From NCBI RefSeq assembly GCF_009914755.1, contig NC_060926.1: 64,000 bases of DNA; one strand, 5' to 3'. Positions 31,513 through 47,138 of this stretch are shown piece by piece. Each line of letters starts with the position of its first letter. The first letter of the stretch is position 1. The notes below the pieces were generated by a model. The model had not been told where the DNA came from. It worked only from the letters and a program-made list of their open reading frames with translations, and ran no database searches. Source of the DNA: the human T2T-CHM13v2.0 reference genome, Homo sapiens. The translations under genes were made by a program, and so were the position numbers.

Positions 31513-32107
31513 TTTCTACCAAGAATGAACTTCTTGTCCCATTTCCACCTGTTCACATCTTTTTCAAGCACCAGGTAGTATTTCCTCCCTAGAGCTTTCT
31601 CTGACATATTCCCAAGCCCATCAGCCAGCTGTAATCTCTCCATAGTTTCTCTCCCCATAGCATTTTTTTGGTGTGGGTTTCTCTTAAGATAATTATCACT
31701 TTCTATGTTGCACCATAGTTAACTGTGTCCGTGTTTTGTCTCCTATGCTAGGCAGTATACACTGAGAATGGACACTTTCTCATCTTTAAACCCTCATAGC
31801 ACTTAGTTGAAAGCCTACTTACTCAGTAGAAAGTGTGGTAGGCATTACTGAATGTTCGGACGGATGAAGTGAGAAAGGTGAAAGTCCCAGAGACATGATC
31901 TATGGAAAAGAAATGTTTGTAACACTTTCCTCTCTCCCCAATATCTCCTCTTTATTCCAGGGATGAGAGCAGACAAATACTCTAAAAAGTTCAAAATACT
32001 TAGCCAGTGTGCTTTCTGTTTAATTTTTATGGAGGAGTCACCCAATTTTTGACATAAATTCAACCAGGCATAGAGTCTCAAACTTGGGTCAAGATATCTG
32101 GTAAACC

Positions 32108-32427
32108 AGCCAGGCACAATGGCTTCATGCCTGTAATACCAGCACTTTGAGAGGCCAAGGCGAGAGGATCGCTTGAGCCCAGGAGTTCAAGACCAGCCCT
32201 GGCAACATAGAGAGACCCCATCTCTACAAAATAAAAAAAAATTTAGCCAGGCGCGGTGGCATAAGCCTGCAGTCCCAACTGCTTGGTAGGCAAAAGTGGG
32301 AGGATCACTGGAGCTTGGGAGGTTGAGGCTGCAATGAATTGTGATCATGCCACTGTACTCCAACCTGGGCGACAGAGTGAGACCTTGTCTAAAAAAAAAA
32401 ATTAAAAAAATTAAAAAATTTAAAAAA
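32108..32427 (+). mobile_element. AluJ-like
   Basis: Full dimer; TSD CTGGTAAACCAG. Confidence 0.92.
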
Positions 32428-32859
32428 GGCTGGTAAACCAGTGTTATGGTTAGTCATAACTTTTATCTTCTCTGATTAAGAACAATAACACTAGGGCCAT
32501 GATGGGGAAAGTCTTTGATTGCATTTGCCAGGGTTCCTTTCCACCACTTCCTAGTTTCACCTTCCTCAGCACACAGGTGGAAGTTTCACTGAGAAGGCCT
32601 ATCTGATACTTTGGAAAAGAAAGGTCCTCATTGACAATTGTCTCCTGGCTCTGACAGACAGAAAAAGAAAATATGTACATGGAGTGGGGCATGGAAATTG
32701 GGATCAGCTCCACAAAACACCAGAAAATTTATCTCCCATTTACACCTTGGTTTTGTTCTTTATGATTTTTAATGGGCGGTCCCTAAATTCATTTCCTGCT
32801 TTTTTACTGGTTACATTAAATATTCAAACAAAGCAATATAGAATTCAAGTTAATAACCA

Positions 32860-34009
<1,150 letters not shown>

Positions 34010-34193
34010 AGTATTGAACTCTATGAAATCCAAGGAAATTTCAGGCTGTTGTTAAATTTTCTGATTAAGTTCTCTGTCTGGGTAGATGGGACAAGTGAGA
34101 GCCTAATATTAATTTAGTTAATTGAGTACAGGAAGTAATACCTGCTTTGTAGGATGGAAAAGGAAAGGTATGTTTATATCTTGCAAGGGGTAA

Positions 34194-34484
<291 letters not shown>

Positions 34485-34957
34485 AGAGGAAACGTTGTAA
34501 ACTTCATTAGTTGCAATAAAATACCAAGTAACCTGTGCAAAGAACATAGGTCAATAATAATGGATTGTTAAAGATTGTTACTGGATTAAGTGAAGGCAAC
34601 ATCCATGTCTTTCTTACTCCCCATTCCATGCTCAGCTCTTAGGTTAGGCATAGCAAGTATTTAATAATTATTTGTTAAATGAATTAGAAGAGTCTAGTAT
34701 AGTGCCTGGTGATGAGATTGTGCCCTGAGTGTCAGTTCTCTTCCCCACTGCTCCCTGTGATTTTTCTGTCCCAAGAGCCCTGTATGTCTTAATTCTATAT
34801 CATAGTCTCATCTTTTTTATAAGCGTTCAGAAAATAATTAAAAATATTTTTTTCTCACGTTATTCAAAGGGCATCAAAATATGGGTTGTGGTAATAATAA
34901 ACTGATAATTTAACCCATTCAAAGTGTTTAATTTCTGGTACTTTCTTTAAAAGATAG

Positions 34958-35258
<301 letters not shown>

Positions 35259-37209
35259 TAGACAAAAATATATTCTTAATAATAAAGAAATTTAAGAAGC
35301 CAGTATTTAAGAAGCCAATTTAAAACATTAACCTCTTCTTAAGTTTATATTTTACCATGCAGACTACTTTTGATTATGGTCTAACAGAAACAGTAGGAAA
35401 TTTGGCAGCCTTTATATTTTGACTCTAGTTAAGATACTGCTTGTTTCAATTTTTTTTAAAGGACAAAAAGTCACCTATTCTGGACGCTGAAAACTTATCA
35501 CTCACATCTGGCCCTGTTTATCTTGAAGCAGTACAGAAGAGTAATATGACTTCTTTTGATTCTGTATAATTTTAGAACTAAAATGAACATTGTAGATAAC
35601 CCCTCACTTTAACGGTTGAGGACAATGCTACTGGAGAGTTTGCATAACCTAAGATCACAAGATTGACTAATGCCAGGGCCAGATGTGGATCCAGGTTTCC
35701 TTGCCTCCTGAATTAGGGTTTTTCGAACCATATTGCTGCACCCATGTTCAGTAAATAGCCCATGACAGAAAACAACAAAAGCAAAAGGCCCATAAATAGA
35801 TGGAGATTGGGGTCAAGGGCAGAGGGAAGAGATGAGAGCTGGAACTTCAATATTTACAAAGACCATTGGTGGGATTCTATGACAATAGCTGCTCCAATCC
35901 CAGGTTTGCCATAAGAATTTTAAATGCAGCATATTTTAGTTGGTGGAGACAAACTTGGACAATTGCAAGTTCCATTTAAGATCTCTGCCCATCTTCTCTT
36001 GACTCTGATGACCTCCATCTGTAACCATGACTAGAAAATTAGGTGGCATGATCCATGTGCTACAATTAAAGAGGCACAGGGAATACACAGAGACCTTGTA
36101 CTGTTTTGGAACATGGCTTGAGGCTTATGAAATTGGCAGGATTTGCTTTCTCCTCTTTTATTCACAACTGTCCAACCAACCTTCCCATCCCTGTCACCAC
36201 CCCTCCCCCAGCATCTTCCTACCCATACCTAGAAAAAAACAGAAAAAAAAAAAAAAAAAAATGGAGGAGGATAGAGCCAAAGACAGAAAGGAGACAAGAA
36301 ACATAAGGAGAAGAAGAGAAAGATGAAAATTAGACGGAAAAAAAAGATGAAGAAGAAAAAAGGAACCAATGAGATGAAGCTGTGTAAAATATTCTGATGA
36401 AGAATCACCTGGTATATTTGTTAAATGTATATTTCTGGGCCACATTCCAGATCAGCCAAATTGGAGTCTATGGGAGTAGCATCATTTAAAAATAAATGAA
36501 AAGCTTTTTGATATAATAATTACTCCCTTTTTGTTAATTTGATTTCAAATTTTGTTATTTTGATTTCAAATTTGCAAATCCAGTTGCTTCTTTAAAGCTG
36601 GCAAAAAAGAAATACTTCATTTATTTTCCTAAAAGTCTTTTCTTTTGTATTGTACATAACAGTTGATAATGTTACTATACATAAAAAAGTTAGTGTATTT
36701 TCACACACATCAAAGCAGCACAGAGACGTACCACCTTCCATCAAAAGGATCTGCTCTAATGAGAGTAGCAGGATAATGTCAAATGCGTTCTTTTCTGCCA
36801 CAGGCACTGGTGGTGTGGATGCAGGAAAATCCACACTCAACATAAGCAGTGTGCTCTTTGTCTTTTTCTTCAGGTCCATTTGTTGTGATGTTTTGTAAAT
36901 TACAGATCTTTTGCTCATCATTAGGCTCTTTCGTATTGGCACTTGGCTAAAGATAGAATATTGCCTGCCATGTTAGCAGTCCCATTGGGAGGTCCTATCA
37001 GAGCTTGTCTGCAAAGCCAAATCTGTTTCTGCTATGTCTGTGGTCAAATTTTTCTATGGCAGAGCCTGCTGTGCTAAACGACCTTCTGCAGAGTATCTAC
37101 ACCTGAGTGCACACGTGGAGTTAGGTATAATATAATGTGTCCCCAACAAGCTGTTCTTGCAGGGATGGTGGTTGCATTTCAGTTGCATGCAAGGTGCCTG
37201 GTATATTAG

Positions 37210-37365
37210 TCATGGCCATGTTAGACATCCATACTGAAAAGGGCTTGCTGTGTAGTGATCATGTTGTCTAACCATATTGAACGGTGCCTACTGGGTAAGT
37301 GATCATGTTGTGTATCCATATCTAGCTGGGCCTGCTGTGATAGTGATCACATTGTGTGTAATTGC
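37210..37365. repeat. Degenerate ~44-bp tandem repeat (3-4 units)
   Basis: AGTGATCA at 37254, 37298 and 37342, with similar spacers. Confidence 0.75.
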
Positions 37366-37662
37366 ATGGCCACCCTGGGAATTTATTGCTATAGATCAGG
37401 CTAGAGGGCAGAAGAGAAGCCAATAATTGTGCTTGCTCTGGGCCGTTAGCTGTACTATTGAGAGCAGGCATCAACTTCTAGGGTGGGAAACAAATCTTTG
37501 ATTGGGGGATGAAAACAAAGTTTACATTTTCAATTCTAAGCATTTGGGGGTTATTGCCTCTTTTCTATTTCACGTAATGGCAAACTATTTGTAATTTGGG
37601 TAAGATTACTCTATAAGTGATAAAATTTGTACACTTAAAGGTTATATTAAAGTTAACATACA

Positions 37663-37992
37663 AGCCAGGTGCAGTGGCTCATGCCTATAATCCTAGAGCC
37701 TTGGGAGGCTGAGGTGGGAGGATTGCTTGAGGTCAGAAGTTCAAGACCAGCCTAGGCCACGTGGTGAGACCCCCCCCCAACCCCCGTCTCTAAATAAATA
37801 AATAAATAAGCAAGCTGTGTTTGGTGGTGAGCACCTGTAGTCCTGTAGTCCTAGCTATTTAGGAGGCTAAGGTGGGAGGATTGCTTGAGCCCAGGAGTTC
37901 CAGGTTACAGTGAGCCATGATCCTACTGCACTCCAGCTTGGGTGACAGAGCAAGACCCTGTCTCTAAAAATAAATAAGTAAAAAAAAAAAAA
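37663..37992 (+). mobile_element. AluJ-like
   Basis: Dimer with (TAAA)n linker; TSD TTAACATA. Confidence 0.9.
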
Positions 37993-39666
37993 TTAAATTA
38001 ACATATGAAAAATCAAGCTTGATTTAAGCTTATTCACATAGAATGCCTTCAGAACTGTTCATAAATTCATAAAACTAACAAAGAACAAAATATCCTGCCA
38101 GAGAACACAAAGCCAAGCCGGATATTTATTATTGTATTTTGACTAATCTCTTGTTTGGAGAATTTTCTCACCTCTCAGGAGTCAGGAAAGGTTAGTAAAA
38201 CCAAGGCTACCAGCCTTATGTTCCAATATTTTTCTTCTTAATTAAATTATATCAGTGGATAATAAAAATGAGAGAAGGTCAGTAAGTGATGGACCTGGTT
38301 TAGTAAGCACAGCAATATACACACATCTAGATCAGTATGCTCCTTCAAAGCAGAGACTTGGGCAAACATACCGCATTTTGGGAACTTTTCTTTTGGAAAG
38401 ACTTTCAGAGTTAGTTTACAAATCATATAAGCAAACCAGTGTCATTATCTCCTTCATTACCAAAAAAAATAAAGAAAGAAAAGAAAAAAAGAAGAGCATG
38501 TACTCAAATGGCTCTGGCTCACTCAAATTTGACTCTGAGAGATGTTGACTTTTAAACCAATGTGGATATGTAGATGGGGACACATTAGGATAAATATAAT
38601 CAGACAGATTTGTTGAAAACAATCAGACAAGCATTTTCAAACATCATTTGTAAATTCTTTTGGAAATTGTCCCACTGTGTTATAGATGTTATATAATGAC
38701 TCCTGCTAATATCCCTTGTGAACACGGTAGCCTTATTTTGCAGGTGAACATAAACTCAGACACAGCCAGCCCATGGATTATGGGGGGATTTTTTCATGGG
38801 TAAGTAGCCTAGCTCTTTCTGATTTCGAATACGAGCTAACCATGTTGCTGTTCAGACAGAAATTTGGACTTTTAAAATTATCTTTAGAATTTCATAAATT
38901 AAGAGGAGGACAGAGGGAAGGAAGAAATGGCGAAGGAGAGAGGGTAAAAGGGAAGGCGGAAGAAAAAGCAGACTACCTCCCCTCAAATCCAGTCTTAAGG
39001 TCATGTGATTCGTCTCATAGTTATTGAAGAGAACTTTTGCACAATGAGAAACAAGTCTGACTTTTCAGAGTCCGATTAAGTATTTAGACATAAATGTGTC
39101 TCTCCAACAAAGATATGATCTTCCCACTTTGAAGGCTCTAATGTCATCTTTTTGGCAGGGCCCTATGGCCATGACGATTTGAATAATAGTTCCACTCTGT
39201 TCTTGGGTAGTTGATGAGCCCTAAACGAGGCTAGGGAATAAAGTGTCAACTGGGAGTGGGGAGGGGTGGGAGGGTGTATGTTCAGTTTACTCTAGTTTTG
39301 AAGAATTTAAAACGAACCATAAACTGGAGTAGAAACTCAAGATTTCATTTTTTCTATGTGCTACAGTTCTAATTTTATCTAATTTTAATCACCTCAAGCC
39401 ATGTAAATAAAAAGACAGAGGGAAAGGAATAGAAACAGTAGCTTTAATATTGATTGGGCCTGTGTGCCTGGCACTGTGTTAGCCAATTTGTATCATGTTA
39501 CTTCATCTACTTCTCATAAGAAGCTGGTGAGATAGGCACATTATACCCATTTCACAAAGTCACAGAGGTTCACAGAGGTGCAGCAATTTAACAAGGGTCA
39601 TAGAATACAGGGAGACCAGCTTTGTCTCTCTCCAAAGCCCAAGCAGGTTCTATTACCAGATTGTAA

Positions 39667-39971
<305 letters not shown>

Positions 39972-42671
39972 TACTAGATTGGAATTCTTTAAAATGAGTT
40001 TTTAAAACCATCTATCTAGAATAATAACAGAGAGGTTTATAAAGTAAAAAGTATTTCTCTTTACCATCATCCTTTCCTTGCAATCTCATTTCTCTCACTA
40101 AGGGGAATATTTTGGTAAAATATTCCAGACTTATCTCTATACCTAAAATAGGTTTCAAATGTTGTTTTCTTTGTTAGTCACTCAGGCACATTTTAAATGA
40201 CTGGCGTCACTTCATACATGGCCTGGCACATGCTATTTAAGCCATTTCATTCCCATGAAGTAGGGAAGTTGTAGGAGAAAAGACCATAAAAGTAGGGCCT
40301 TCAGGCACCAAGCTCCAGACCAAGCTATAACCACCTTCAAACCTAGTAGAAGGCATCAATGGTGAAAATTGGTTCTCAAACTGACATCCACTTCTGGAGT
40401 CCCTTTGCCCATGCAGATCCCCCAAGATATTTCTAAAATGGCAAGTCTGCATCATCGGTTGGTATGGGCCTATGTACCAGCCCTAGAGGGGAATGCACAG
40501 TGCTAGAAGAACTACTGGACTAGTAAGCGTGAAAAATGGGGACTTGGTACATAAGTGTCCCTTGTATGGCTGAGTAAGAGGACCTAATGTCCTCCTTTAA
40601 CAGAGGACACTCTGAAACTCAGTTTCCTTCAAAACAAGCCTTGCACAGTCTGCTGGGCTACAAAAGCTGCCCTAGAGAAGTAGCAGTTACAGATGGGGCG
40701 GCTCTCTTTCTAAGTAAGTAAAGGCACAATGTAAGCATTGGAAGCAGAGTCCACAGCTAGAAAACAAAGCTTGCAAACAACAGCTACACCAACTACAGGA
40801 CAACCTTCACATGGATGCAGTGTGCAAGAACAACCTTTCCCTACCTCCCCACCCCCTGATGCCATCTAACCTGAGATAGGAATGCACACCTTATTTATGC
40901 AAAGGTCAGACTACCTCTTGGCTTTGCCAGTGGATACACCCTTAGCTCATTGCAAGAGCGGGAGGAGAGCTTTCTATTCAGGCACTGGTTCTTGTTAAGC
41001 TTCTTTCTTTCCAGAAAATATCCTCCACAACATGGTCATTTAAGGCGTGTGGGCCTGCCCTTAATTGGGCATTTAGAAGAGCTGCACTTCAGGCAATTGT
41101 AATAGTGCACAATTTTGAGCTCTCAGCAGGACAGTTTATCAGGAGACAGTTGAGAGAAAAAGAATCTTCAGGCAGGATTGCCTGGGGGCCGTAGGGTCCA
41201 TTCATACTCCCAGATCTGTATGGGGTGGGGCTCATGGCTTCAGACATCCAGCTCCATTCTAACCTCTGCAGAATTGGTTGTGCTGGATTGCGTATAATGC
41301 CGTCAGTGTATATGGAGGGTCACTATAAGAAACAGCCCTTAGATGCCCCTTTTGTATCTATTGTAAGAATACTGTTGAAATATCTGTTATATCACCTAGT
41401 TGCTCTATTTATAAAGACTCTTGGACATTGCAATGAGTACCAGGAACAACTGTAACTCTCCTGAGCAGTCATTTTATCTAATGTATATTGTGAGCTGTGA
41501 AGCTGACAAAGTTTCCTAATTTCGTGTTACTAGGAAATTTAGAACCCAAATGCTATCCTAGCATATTTTAGCAACTCTTAAAAGCCACTTGAAATCCTTT
41601 CTGAAACAAGGTGAGAGGTATGGGTGAGTCAGTAAATTTCTAAGTAATTAGTGTGTTTTATTTCAGTGGTCTCTGTTTCTTTCCCTGCCAAAGTCACCTT
41701 TAATAGCTGAGGAAAGACAAGTAAATCTGTCTTCTGATTTGGAGAAAACAAGGTGGCTTTCCTTTCTACCTCCTAACAAGTCACTGTGGAATTTAAGGGG
41801 CTCTCAGTATGCTACTATCAGAACCTTTTTCTTAGGAAACAGGTTATTTTGTTCTAGGGGACAACAAAAGATCAGATCAGTAAGGCATGGCTGTTAATAA
41901 ATCAATTCACCGATTTTCTTCAATTCAGGATTCCAGCTGCATACGCCATTCACAAATCTGTGGTTATAAACATTTAATCTTTTGTTGGTGGTAGAGATTT
42001 AAAAAAATAGGTGAGAGGAACCATGTTTAGACGAGCAACCCAAGTTTCCTAACAATGGACTCCTCTTAGCTAACACTTGGACCCCAGTGAGCTTGGTGCT
42101 CTGAGCCTGCTTGTTGTCTGAGATGGGCCAGCAAAGTCAGTGAGACTGAACTGCCTTCACAGGGATTGAAACAACCTTCCAAGTTACCTTTCAGAGGTGC
42201 CTCAGGAGAACAGGATGCACCAATGGAGACAGAAACTGTGAAGAATATACATTTCAGGAGCCCTAAACCAACAGTGGGTGTGCATCTGTAGCCCCCAAAG
42301 CCCCAGGATCTCCACTCCAACACCCTTATGAAAATAATATGAATCATCCAGCTAGTTCCATGAATGTAATAGTGTCTTCAGCTGAATGACAGCTGTGCTG
42401 AATTTAGAGTGGGTTTCCTCCAAGTGTGGAATTTCTCAAGGGCAAGGTAGCTGGATTGGAAAGGATCCTATTTTTTAACCTCCCGTGGCCTTGCTCCAAC
42501 AATTGTATTTCTGTTCCAAACTCGGTCATTTTTAAAACCTCACTATCATCCAATTTTATTAAAATAAGTACTTATTTTTAAAAATAATTATTTTACTTAT
42601 TTTATTAAAACAAGTAGGCTCATATTCATCAGCTCAATGGAACCTAGTGCCTCTCAAAAATCCAAAGTCCA

Positions 42672-42982
42672 GGCCAGGTACGGTGGCTCACTCCTGTAAT
42701 CCCAGCACTTTGGGAGGCTGAGGCAGGCAGATCATGAGGTCAGGAGTTCAAGACCAGCCTGACCAACATGGCAAAACCCTGTCTCTACTAAAAATACAAA
42801 AATTAGCCAGGCGTGGTGGCATGTGCCTGTAATCTCAGCTACTCAGGAGGCTGAGGCAGGAGAATTGCTTGAACCCAGGAAGCAGAGGTTGCAGTGAGCC
42901 AAGATTGCACCACTGCACTCCAGCCTGGGTGACAGAGACTCCATCTCAAAAAAAAAAAAAAAAAAAAGAAAGAAAAAAAAAA
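42672..42982 (+). mobile_element. AluS-type
   Basis: Full dimer with a long A-rich tail. Confidence 0.95.
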
Positions 42983-45900
42983 TCCTGAAATTACATCTAC
43001 ATAGCTTGCTTGCTGTTTGGACACACATAACTGTCCAAGTCAGATTTGTTAGCTTCATCACAAGAGCTTTACTTATTTCTCTTATCCCCATCCAAAAGCC
43101 TGAGTGAGCAGCGTCAATCTATTCCAAATGTGGAGCACTGGTTGTGTTTTACGGTCCGGGTGGGGCAACAAATGAGACAGGCTGTCAGTGCAATTCAAAA
43201 TTGGGTGTTGTGGACCCTCTGGAGCTGTGTGTTTTCAAATCTGTTTCTTTTTTTTTTAGTTACCAAAATGCAGAGCTTTCAGGCTGATTATTTTGGAGTC
43301 TATTTGGATCCTTTGTGGAGCTGGGAAGTAAATCGTCAGCTTATACACAAGGTGGCACCCTGTGATTCCAACCAGGTCTGAGAGGAGCGATGCTGCTAAG
43401 AAACTGAGCCACAGTCACAAATTTTTATTTACCATCTGCTATTCCCACGGTGGCAAATGCAGAGGTAGAAGTAGATGTTTGGCAGGTCACCTCTCAGTGT
43501 AGTCTCTGTCCCTATGTCTCAAAGATGCAGAGCTGCCTCAGAAAAGGGCACTGGAACCACAGAACTGATTCCAGTTGATTGTAATGAATGCAGACCCCAC
43601 ATTCAGATTACATATGGAAAACAACGAAGCTTTATTAGTACTAGGCTCATTCCTGGGAACATAAGGGGGAGGGGTGGAGATGCAGTTCACATACTAACCC
43701 AATTAACTTTCAAATGGTTTTGCTGAAACCAGGAGCCAATTAGAAAGAACGTGACATTTGCAAAACTCTGAAATAGTTGAATAGCAACTGTGTTTACTAG
43801 TTTTAAGATTCCTTTCAAAAAGTAATTTGTCCATTATTTGGAAGCTGCCTGCCTTGATTATAGTACTGGGAGATGGACACTGGAATGTAATCCTAATTCT
43901 AACAGTTATTTGACATTTATTCTAATTTAGACTACATTTAGACAGTGATTTTATTTTGATATGGCTTTAAACTGGTTTTAATTCTTGGGTGCTTATATAT
44001 TATGCTTGCTGGGCTAAATGCATGTCATTTGGAATTGGTCTAGAGCATATCTGAAGTGGACTGATTTTAGAATGACTATACTTAGCGCATTGTATGTGGA
44101 AATTAAAATAGGCTATTAGGCTGCACACCCATTTGAGGCAGGTCTTGATAAAAATATTTCATGAGAGAATTTTTTATTTTATAAGAAGATATTTTTTGCT
44201 TTTAGCACTAACAATTATATGAGTATTCAACAAATCAATCAGAAATAAACTTTATGAAAAGTAATATTTATATACAAATAAAAGTTACTTTCCAAAAGTG
44301 AACAGTGGCATTCCGGTTTGGGCACTGAATTGGAAGCCAAGAAAACACAGGCTGTGTCTCCGTTGAAAAGTATATTGTGTTATTTGCCTTAAATGGTTTT
44401 ATTCCCAGCTCTATAATCATTGCCTACAGGGTGAGAAGAAAATGGAGATTTGGGGAAGAAATCTTTTACATGGTCAAAGTAAAAGAACAACAAAGAAACA
44501 ACCACAACAGCAAAAATCCCTTCCTATAAATTCCAGGTTTCAAAAAGGTGTTTTTGAATAACATTAATTGGTTCTAAAATCTCTATGCACAAAGGTACAA
44601 AGCTGGACAACAGGGTAGGCCACAGTAAGAACAAATATTGGCAGCAATAGCTAGGTCAGGTGACAGGCCAGTGAGGTATGTGAACTATAAACTAGAGTGG
44701 CATGGGGTCAGTATCAGTGAATTTCTTCATGGAATATCAGTCAACAAATATACTTTAGATGCCTGCCATATGTGAGGCATGGAACTGGGGATACAGTGAT
44801 TGACAGACAGATGTTGTTCCTGCCCTCCTTGGTCTACTGCAACTTTAGGCTCTGGCTTATGCGCTCCCTTGGCCGTTGGTTGGAAGGTCTTAGTAACTAA
44901 TTTTGAATTAGCAGCTTTAGAATGCTGACTGGTCAATAAGCTGAAGAGCTTGGATAGCAGGGTAGCACCACTGAGAAAACCAGAGTTTTGGAGTCAGGTC
45001 AGACCTGAATTTGAGCCCAGTTCTGCAAGTTGTTGGAATTGAAATTTGGCAAATTATCTGATGCTCAGTTTTCTTATTGGTAAAATTATATTTTTTCATA
45101 AAATTATAATAAGAATTAAGTGGAATTCAACTAGTTGAGATAATATATATAACATGTTACTACAATGGATGGTATATTACACATACTTGATATTTCCTTT
45201 TCTGAGAGAAACAGTAAAACTAAACATAGGGACTAGAAGAAAGCTATCCTTTCTGAACCTGAGGAGGGCTGGGCATCCAGATGAAAGCTCTGGATGACTC
45301 ATTTCTTCAACTATTGCTTTTTTCTTCCCTTTCAGGCTTGAACCCAGTGCTGACCCCCTCCCAAGAACTTCTTGTTCTTGCTTCCAGAGGATTGGAACTG
45401 TTCCAGGGGTAGCACTTAGAGAGCAGGACATGCCCATAAGCTTGAGGAAGGTACTGCTTACAAGAAATGAGTCACAGCAACTCCATTGCTTCCAACAACA
45501 AAGTGGATGAAAAACACTCAAGCCCCACTAAACAATACTCGGAGTTTTGCTGCGACAGACTGGTTAGACTATTTGGACACTACCATGAAGACTATATCCA
45601 CCATTCTGCCTTCAAAGGAGGAGACTGCAGAGAGAAAAGGGGAAGAGGAACAGGAGGAAAAAGGGGGAGGGGAGGAAGTGGAGGAGGGGAAGAAGGACGT
45701 AATAGAGGAAGAGATATAGTTTTATTGTCACATAGAAATGACAGTAGGAATCCATTTTTTCACTGTTGGTCTTTAGGAAATCATCTGACTTTCTCTGAGT
45801 TAGAGTATGATCGATTATTAGAAAATGGTAAAATGTGTTAAAAACTCTCTTTGTACGGTTTTGTGAGAAATGTGTAATGCTTAAAGACTAACCAAGAGCC

Positions 45901-47051
45901 TCTTGGCTAAACCAGGTTGATGTCAACAATAGCTAGTACTTATTTGAGTCACCTTGATTTTCCCTCCTCTTGAGAACTTTCTCTAACCAGTTTAGGCTGC
46001 AGTCATGCCTCCTTTCCTTTCTCTGAACTCTCACAATTATTGCCTAGATCTCGTTTGGTAATTAATCATGTGCTACTTACTGCCTGTGTCATCTCTTGTA
46101 TTGTTTTCTTAAAATATTTACACTTTTTTTTCGGTTGTCACTTATCTTTCCAGCTGTCATTTTCTTCAACTATTTACGTCTCTGTTACTCATCTTTCCAG
46201 CCATCCTGGCATCCCATTAAGGTGAAAGCTCTCTGAGGCAGGAACCTTTTCTCAGATTTCTTCGAGTCTTCCACAGCACCCCACATTTGACACACATCTG
46301 CTACTTCGCAAATGTGTGCTGCCTTGGCTAAATTTTTAGAAGCTGAACTTTTAGGAAAGCTACTATTTTTGAACTCAGAAAAATACCTACCATCCACTAA
46401 ACAGCTGTACCGAAGTTTGGGTGACAGGGAACCTAAGTTCACTTGTTGCATCTGGCAGCCTCAAACCATGAACCCTCACTGCAAAGCGAGGATGAACGCG
46501 CTGCTGCACCTTGGAGAGCTCTTTCGGACAGGTACGGAGGGGAGGGCGTAGAAGAGGGCTGGCACCAGCAGCGCGGTCCAGTCCTCCGAACGGACTGATG
46601 GGACTGATGGGAGAGACCTCTTGCACCTCTCGGGGATGTGCGCCTCGGAGGATGCGAATTAGCTTGCGCACAGGGCGCCTTGGGGATAGCGCTGTCCAAG
46701 TACAGGCTTGGGTGATGGCTGGTGGGGTCCGGGTCGACATTTTCCCTTCCCGCTCCCGGACTTCTGCACACACGCGCTGCTCGGCGCAGCCGTCTTTGCC
46801 CGGCGCCTTCCTCCGGGACACCCAGCGAGAGGGGTGACCGGGCGGCGGCGGGAGAGGCGCACGCTCCCGGGCGCGGGCGAACTTGCGCACCTGGCACCTG
46901 CCACACAGCGAAAGCACCGGCCAGCGAGCGGAGGGGCGCCGCCCCCGCCCCCTCTCCCCGGAGCGGACCGAGACCGAGCACGCTCCCGCGGGCCGGCAGC
47001 GCCGCGGAGAGAGTGGGTGGGCAGGCGAGGGAGGGGAAGGGAGAGGAAGGA

Positions 47052-47068
47052 GGGAGGGAGGGAGAGGG
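47052..47068 (+). other. G-quadruplex-forming motif in the promoter
   Basis: GGG-A-GGG-A-GGG-AGA-GGG, four G3 tracts with short loops, inside a purine tract. Confidence 0.6.
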
Positions 47069-47138
47069 CGAGGCGCGTTCCCGCGACGGGGGCGCGCTCT
47101 CGCGCGGGCTGCCGGGATCGCTCGCCGCCGCTGTGGTA

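Noticed and set aside
31009-31658. ORFs resembling reverse-transcriptase protein sequence
   Set aside because: Broken L1 ORF2 C-terminus of a truncated element.
37210-37365. CRISPR-like repeat-spacer appearance
   Set aside because: Spacers are homologous to each other, the context is primate DNA and there are no cas genes; treated as a minisatellite.
45467-45841. 124-aa ORF with a Gly/Arg-rich segment
   Set aside because: No recognisable homology; the biased segment derives from a GA-rich tract.
47098-47107. BANP/CGCG-element-like TCTCGCGCGG
   Set aside because: Two mismatches to TCTCGCGAGA, expected by chance in a CpG island.
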